Positions 25,919-30,196 of a DNA stretch of 30,196 nt are shown here, piece after piece. Position 1 is the first letter of the stretch; each line of letters opens with the position of its first letter. Source of the stretch: Patescibacteria group bacterium (GTDB lineage Bacteria > Patescibacteriota > Minisyncoccia > Phycocordibacterales > JBBUBG01); NCBI GenBank assembly GCA_040384765.1, contig JAZKIQ010000002.1, positions 16,877 to 47,072 of the forward strand, read 5' to 3'. The notes under the pieces were generated by a model. That model was given only the letters and a program-made list of their open reading frames with translations. It searched no databases and was not told the origin of the DNA. Made by a program: the position numbers and the translations under genes.

Positions 25919-26614
25919 ATGCATGCAAAAACTGAACTGAAAAAGAGGGCCGTTGAGTTGAGGTCGCTTGGAAAAACATATTCAGAAATTCGCAAAGAGG
26001 TTCCTGTGGCAAAATCCACGCTTTCGCTCTGGTTTCTTGATGTGGGTTTGAGTGAAGTTCAGAAGCAGAGGATAACGCAAAAGCGCGTCGATGCTCAAAA
26101 GAGAGGCGCTGCGCGCAGAAGAGAGCAGAGGCTTGAAATTACAAAAGAGATTAATGAACTTGCTAAACAGGATATCGCTGACATTTCTGACCGTGAATTA
26201 TGGTTAATGGGTGTAGCTTTGTACTGGGCTGAAGGATCAAAACAAAAAGAGTGGAATGTATCGCAGAGCCTACAACTTACTAACTCTGATCCCCGGATGG
26301 TCAAATTATTTCTCAAATGGCTTACCTATTCCTTGCGATTGCCTTACGATGACATTTTACTAAGTTTGGCAATACACGAAAACAACAAATATCGGCTCGA
26401 GAAAGTTAAGGAATTCTGGAAGGAACAAACTGGTAATCACTGGGATTTTTCTGATAGAGTATACTTCAAGCGCCACACACCCAAGCCAGGCAGGCATAAT
26501 CTCGGCGAGACTTATTACGGTGTATTGAGGATAACAGTTCGTAATAGTACAAATCTCAACCGAAAAGTTGCAGCTTGGGTCGAAACGATTTGTGGGCATT
26601 GCGGGGTCGTCTAA
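25919..26614 (+). CDS. HTH + LAGLIDADG-like endonuclease-fold protein overlapping tRNA-Gln
   Basis: N-terminal HTH (AVELRSLGKTYSEIRKEVPVAKSTLSLW), then MGVALYWAEGSK (LAGLIDADG-like helix), LTNSDPRMVKLFLKWL and YGVLRITV. The TAA stop lies in the tRNA D-arm. Confidence 0.8.
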   Translation: MHAKTELKKRAVELRSLGKTYSEIRKEVPVAKSTLSLWFLDVGLSEVQKQRITQKRVDAQKRGAARRREQRLEITKEINELAKQDIADISDRELWLMGVALYWAEGSKQKEWNVSQSLQLTNSDPRMVKLFLKWLTYSLRLPYDDILLSLAIHENNKYRLEKVKEFWKEQTGNHWDFSDRVYFKRHTPKPGRHNLGETYYGVLRITVRNSTNLNRKVAAWVETICGHCGVV

Positions 26615-26673
26615 CGGCAGGACTCCTCCCTTTGAAGGAGGCTATTTTGGTTCGAATCCAAACCCCGCAGCCA
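26600..26673 (+). tRNA. tRNA-Gln(UUG) with encoded CCA
   Basis: TGCGGGG/CCCCGCA acceptor stem + G + CCA; D-arm GTCTAACGGCAGGAC; anticodon arm CCTCC-CTTTGAA-GGAGG; T-arm TTTGG-TTCGAAT-CCAAA. Confidence 0.96.
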
Positions 26674-26702
26674 AGTTGAGATAGGTTCGGATTTAAAAGA
26701 GC

Positions 26703-27266
26703 ATGAAAGACAAAATTTTAGAAAAAGTTAAATTATGGTCACCGATAGTGATTGCGCTTTGTGCTCTCTTCCTGAGTATCTATCAAGGTAGTCAAACAAG
26801 GCAGCATAATCAATTGTCTGTAAAACCGAGCCTAGTCTCCACTTTCTACTACAACGATAAGAGCGTCGGGTATACTCTAGACTCTAGAGGTCTTGGCCCC
26901 GCGATAATCAAGTGGGTTGAGGTATTAGTTAACGGTAAAGCAAAAGGAAATTGGCTTGATGTTGAGTCTGCTTTGGACTTACCTGAATCAAGTGGAAGCA
27001 ATGGAATGCATTTTAATCCTTACGCGGGAGTTTCTTTGATGCCTGGTGACAAGGTGACATTGTATGCAGTTGGGTCAGATAAAAATATCAAGTATCTTCG
27101 AGATAGTTACCAGAAGGTTCGCATAAAAGTTTGTTATTGCTCAATATATGCTGAGCAAGATCAGAGGCAATGTTGGCAAGCCTCAAACTTCTTTGAGGAT
27201 ATAAAACGTACATGTGACGCAACGCCAACCACGGTATTTCCTAACACCTCTCAATCGACAAAATAA
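26703..27266 (+). CDS. Hypothetical membrane-anchored protein
   Basis: Single N-terminal TM followed by 'RQHNQLSVKP'; C-terminal CYCSIY...CW...C; AT-rich codon usage. Confidence 0.75.
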   Translation: MKDKILEKVKLWSPIVIALCALFLSIYQGSQTRQHNQLSVKPSLVSTFYYNDKSVGYTLDSRGLGPAIIKWVEVLVNGKAKGNWLDVESALDLPESSGSNGMHFNPYAGVSLMPGDKVTLYAVGSDKNIKYLRDSYQKVRIKVCYCSIYAEQDQRQCWQASNFFEDIKRTCDATPTTVFPNTSQSTK

Positions 27267-27310
27267 ACAGATTCCGAAGCATATCTATGAAATATATCTG
27301 CAACTGATCT

Positions 27311-27850
27311 ATGGTAACCATTATTTTTGTACCGCATAGCACAACTCTCGATAACGAGGCGCATCTCTCGTCGGGTCATAATGATGTAGCTCTCTCGCCA
27401 TTGGGCGAGCAGCAGTCTCGAAAGGATATTGGTGAGTACTACAAAGATGACCACTTTGATGCAATATTTTGTTCTGACTTGCAGCGTGCGTATAAAAGTG
27501 CAGAAATTGCTTTTGGCGATACATTGCCAATTATAAAAGACGCTCGTCTTCGAGAGTGCAATTATGGCGATCTCACGCAGCATCCGAGCGAGGAGGTAGA
27601 CAAGCAAAAACCGCTTCGTATTTCTGAACCCTTTCCGAATGGTGAAAGCTATACAGAGACAACTGCTCGAATGAAGAGCTTTCTCGAGGATCTTCTGAAG
27701 AACTACAATGGAAAACGAGTGATGGTTATCGGCCATCGTGCCACGCAGTACGGCCTCGACAATCTTATTAAGGGCATACCTTTAGAACAGCTCGTGTCAG
27801 CTCACTTTAAATGGCAGCCAGGGTGGGAGTATGAATTAAAAGTAGTTTAG
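27311..27850 (+). CDS. Histidine phosphatase family protein (variant PHS motif)
   Basis: FVPHSTTLDN in place of RHG, SDLQRAYKSA, RLRECNYGD, FPNGES, VIGH. Confidence 0.85.
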   Translation: MVTIIFVPHSTTLDNEAHLSSGHNDVALSPLGEQQSRKDIGEYYKDDHFDAIFCSDLQRAYKSAEIAFGDTLPIIKDARLRECNYGDLTQHPSEEVDKQKPLRISEPFPNGESYTETTARMKSFLEDLLKNYNGKRVMVIGHRATQYGLDNLIKGIPLEQLVSAHFKWQPGWEYELKVV

Positions 27851-27860
27851 TTGCCTCCTT

Positions 27861-27881
27861 GTTGGATGTTGAATGTCCAAC
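27861..27881. repeat. GTTGGAC-N7-GTCCAAC family palindrome, copy 1 (inverted)
   Basis: GTTGGATGTTGAATGTCCAAC; reverse complement GTTGGACATTCAACATCCAAC; 10 nt after the stop at 27850. Confidence 0.75.
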
Positions 27882-27889
27882 AGCGAAAT

Positions 27890-27917
27890 CAAAAACCACC
27901 CGTTTGGGTGGTTTTTG
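27890..27917. terminator. Intrinsic terminator
   Basis: CAAAAACCACCC-GTTT-GGGTGGTTTTTG. Confidence 0.8.
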
Positions 27918-27958
27918 CTTGCGTTGAAATTAAGGCCTAAAAATGGTAAAAACTACTG

Positions 27959-28492
27959 ATGAGTCTCTACTTCATTACGGGCAGTGCTTCAAAACTCTCA
28001 GAGGTCAAAGCTATTCTTGCAGATGTAGAACAGCTTGGTATCGATCTGCCTGAAATCCAGGATATTGATCCTCATACTATTATTCGAGCAAAACTGGAGG
28101 AAGCTCGAAAACATCAGGAGGGCGATTTTATTGTAGAGGATACTTCTTTGTACTTTGATGCACTAAACGGATTGCCAGGTCCACTCATAAAGTGGTTTAT
28201 GAAGACTGTTGGGAATGATGGGCTATACAAAATAGCTGAAGCCTATGGCAATTTTGGAGTAGAAGCCAAGACCATTGTTGGCTATTCAAGTGGAGATAAG
28301 ATTGAGTTTTTCGAAGGGTCTATTCGAGGATCTATTGTAAAACCACGAGGTGAAACTGGCTTTGGCTGGGACCCCATTTTTGAACCCACCGGGTACGATA
28401 AAACTTTTGCTGAGCTTGAACCGTCTCTAAAAAATAGTATCAGTATGCGTAAAGTGGCTGTAGAAAAACTTAAAACATATCTTCAGAATTAA
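27959..28492 (+). CDS. Non-canonical purine NTP pyrophosphatase (Ham1/ITPase/RdgB family)
   Basis: FITGSASKLSE, DLPEIQ, VEDTSL, LNGLPGPLIKW, FGWDPIF, TFAEL, KNSISMR. Confidence 0.93.
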   Translation: MSLYFITGSASKLSEVKAILADVEQLGIDLPEIQDIDPHTIIRAKLEEARKHQEGDFIVEDTSLYFDALNGLPGPLIKWFMKTVGNDGLYKIAEAYGNFGVEAKTIVGYSSGDKIEFFEGSIRGSIVKPRGETGFGWDPIFEPTGYDKTFAELEPSLKNSISMRKVAVEKLKTYLQN

Positions 28493-28495
28493 TGT

Positions 28496-28831
28496 ATGGA
28501 AATTATAAATTGGAATGACCTCGAAAAAGTAGAGTTACGGGTGGGGACGATCGTTGAAGTGCAGGACTTTCCTGAGGCTCGAAAGCCTGCATATAAGCTC
28601 GTGATCGACTTTGGAGAGTTCGGCCTCAAGAAGTCGAGTGCTCAGATTAAGGCACTGTATACAAAGGAAGAACTCGTTGGAAGACAGATTGTTGGTGTAA
28701 TAAACTTTCCCCCAAAGCAGATCGGCCCATTTATTTCGGAGTGTCTCACGACAGGGTTTGCGGACGAGAATGGTAACGTGGTTTTGACTCAACCTGAGCG
28801 TAAGGTGCCTAACGGAGCTAAGATTTTCTAA
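28496..28831 (+). CDS. csaA: tRNA-binding protein / CsaA (Trbp111 family)
   Basis: [51 protein letters not shown]. Confidence 0.9.
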   Translation: MEIINWNDLEKVELRVGTIVEVQDFPEARKPAYKLVIDFGEFGLKKSSAQIKALYTKEELVGRQIVGVINFPPKQIGPFISECLTTGFADENGNVVLTQPERKVPNGAKIF

Positions 28832-28837
28832 GCAATG

Positions 28838-28858
28838 CTTGGACATTCGATATCCAAC
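28838..28858. repeat. GTTGGAC-N7-GTCCAAC family palindrome, copy 2
   Basis: CTTGGACATTCGATATCCAAC, 6 nt after the stop at 28831. Confidence 0.75.
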
Positions 28859-28916
28859 GCTCAAGATTTCTCTCTCGGGTATTGTTCCTTTATTGATCTA
28901 TCAAACAACCTAAACC

Positions 28917-29231
28917 ATGTATCAGGATTTTGATCGGTTAAGAGAAAAAATAAAAAAAGTTTTAGAAAGATATAAGGCAGATTTTCCTGAGGTAAAAGTA
29001 GATCGGGACTATTTTCCACTTAAGATCTCAGAAGAATGGGGAGAATGTATGCAGGCCTATCTTATGCTTACTGATCGTGGTCGGAATAAAGGTAAAACAA
29101 AAGAAGAAATGAGAGCCATGCTTTCTGACGAATTTGCTGATGTGCTAGGCTTTCTTCTCCTCTTTGGGGAAAGTGAGGGAATCGATCCAGCTGAGGCTCT
29201 CGCTAAAAAGTGGTTTAAGCATCTTGAGTGA
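28917..29231 (+). CDS. MazG-like all-alpha NTP pyrophosphohydrolase
   Basis: LKISEEWGE...DEFADVLG (EExGE / ExAD metal-binding motif), ending ALAKKW. Confidence 0.85.
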   Translation: MYQDFDRLREKIKKVLERYKADFPEVKVDRDYFPLKISEEWGECMQAYLMLTDRGRNKGKTKEEMRAMLSDEFADVLGFLLLFGESEGIDPAEALAKKWFKHLE

Positions 29232-29242
29232 TTCCAGTTATG

Positions 29243-29263
29243 GTTGGACATTCGATGTTCAAC
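29243..29263. repeat. GTTGGAC-N7-GTCCAAC family palindrome, copy 3
   Basis: GTTGGACATTCGATGTTCAAC, 11 nt after the stop at 29231; 25/29 identical to copy 2 including flanks. Confidence 0.75.
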
Positions 29264-29275
29264 GCTTAGACGTTT

Positions 29276-29569
29276 ATGAAATTTAAGACTGACAAATACA
29301 AGAGTGCGCGGGGTGGTTACTCTCGCTTTCTGAGAATCTCTTGTCAGAAATGTGGATCTTTGATTTGTACCTATCAAAAGGACGGTCCGGGGAATCTGCG
29401 GAGAATGTACCTAGATCGAATAAACGAGCCGGCGGTTCCTCTGTCCAGAAAAGATCTCACGTGCCTACAAGGTCATCTGTTGGGTATAAAAACCATCTAT
29501 GAAAAGGAGAATCGAACAGCATTTAGGCTTTTTGTCGATTCGGTAGTCAAAAAAATTGTTAAGAGCTAG
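29276..29569 (+). CDS. Small basic hypothetical protein with possible Zn site (CxxC...CxxxH)
   Basis: SCQKCGS, YQKDGPGNLRRMYLDRI, CLQGH. Confidence 0.75.
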   Translation: MKFKTDKYKSARGGYSRFLRISCQKCGSLICTYQKDGPGNLRRMYLDRINEPAVPLSRKDLTCLQGHLLGIKTIYEKENRTAFRLFVDSVVKKIVKS

Positions 29570-29575
29570 TGTTGT

Positions 29576-29594
29576 GTTGGACTTTGTGTCCAAC
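29576..29594. repeat. GTTGGAC-N5-GTCCAAC palindrome, copy 4
   Basis: GTTGGACTTTGTGTCCAAC, 6 nt after the stop at 29569. Confidence 0.7.
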
Positions 29595-29632
29595 TGCGGG
29601 TGAGTTCAACATTCTTTGCTAAGCTTTGAATA

Positions 29633-30196
29633 ATGGAGATGGACTATAAAGCGATTATCAGTCTGATAGTTATTATCCTTACCTTTGCTGGGTATATTCC
29701 ATACGTTCGAGATATTTTCCAAAAGAAAACAAAGCCCCACGCCTTTACCTGGTTTTCAGTATCACTTACCGCTCTGGTGGCGTTCGCGCTTCAGGTGGTC
29801 GGTGGGGCGGGGGTTGGGGCGTTCCCAATGCTGGTTGTTTCAGTTGTTTGTATATTCGTTTTTGGACTCAGTCTTTGGAGGGGCACTAGGGATGTAACAA
29901 AATCAGATCTCCTTTTTCTGATATTTTCAATCGTTGCGTTGTTCCTTTGGTTGGTAGTTAAGCAGCCAGTGCTTTCCATCATCCTCATCACCTGCTCAGA
30001 GGTTCTAGGTTTTGTACCTACGATTCGAAAATCCTGGAAAGATCCATATTCGGAAACTCTTTCTCTCTATCAAGTCAGTATGGTCAGGCATGGTCTGTCC
30101 ATATTCGCTCTTGAAAATATAAACATACTGACTGCTCTCTATCCTGCGGCGTGGGCTCTTATTAACGTTGTTATCACGGCTATCCTTGTAACTCGA
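29633..30196 (+). CDS. Multi-TM membrane protein (partial, runs off the right edge; absent from the ORF track)
   Basis: Open frame MEMDYKAIISLIVIILTFAGYIPYVRDIFQKKTKPHAFTWF...GFVPTIRKSWKDPYSETL...; two PQ-loop-like repeats; TGcTAAGCT 7 nt upstream. Confidence 0.8.
   Translation, partial: MEMDYKAIISLIVIILTFAGYIPYVRDIFQKKTKPHAFTWFSVSLTALVAFALQVVGGAGVGAFPMLVVSVVCIFVFGLSLWRGTRDVTKSDLLFLIFSIVALFLWLVVKQPVLSIILITCSEVLGFVPTIRKSWKDPYSETLSLYQVSMVRHGLSIFALENINILTALYPAAWALINVVITAILVTR

Noticed and set aside
25919-26673. Group I intron in a tRNA carrying the LAGLIDADG ORF
   Set aside because: tRNA-Gln is complete and uninterrupted, and no upstream tRNA half or intron core was evident.
27861-29594. CRISPR array or classical integron attC array
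   Set aside because: The repeats are separated by whole genes rather than 30-40-nt spacers and there are no cas genes. The palindromes are only 19-21 bp with GTTRRRY before RYYYAAC, the reverse of attC, with no L boxes and no intI in the window.
1-30196. Alternative genetic code (UGA=Gly, code 25)
   Set aside because: TGA terminates full-length genes such as dus, and conserved genes translate intact under code 11.

Overview
Bacterial chromosomal segment (genetic code 11) whose gene content and compact style suggest a Patescibacteria/Parcubacteria (CPR) genome; this taxonomy is an inference. The housekeeping backbone is tRNA-Leu(CAA), parB, a short relA/spoT, topA, dprA, serS, an FtsQ-like gene, an L,D-transpeptidase/DD-carboxypeptidase/CapA fusion, a degenerate Clp-type ATPase, dus, pepA, argS, a MutT-like NUDIX, dnaX, a histidine phosphatase and tRNA-Gln(UUG). 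Self-contained orphan genes with their own promoter, SD and terminator are inserted between these. They include a stand-alone RNA polymerase alpha-CTD protein, a coiled-coil protein and a solo DGQHR (DndB-like) protein. The most interesting observations are: (1) a ~190-nt leader ahead of the DGQHR gene that folds by eye into a multi-way junction with a competing SD-occluding hairpin, behind a 32-bp perfect palindrome abutting the -35 box; (2) an AT-richer array of small genes after tRNA-Gln in which a ~21-bp GTTGGAC-N7-GTCCAAC palindrome recurs 6-11 nt after four stop codons, a cassette-like layout; (3) an HTH-LAGLIDADG-like gene whose stop codon lies inside tRNA-Gln; (4) a 57-aa protein with 10 Cys and 8 Met that is missing from the ORF track; (5) four different ~90-135-bp intergenic fold-back elements, one of which contains an antisense copy of the tRNA-Leu 3' end. 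All protein calls come from motif recognition by eye; no database searches or folding computations were run.
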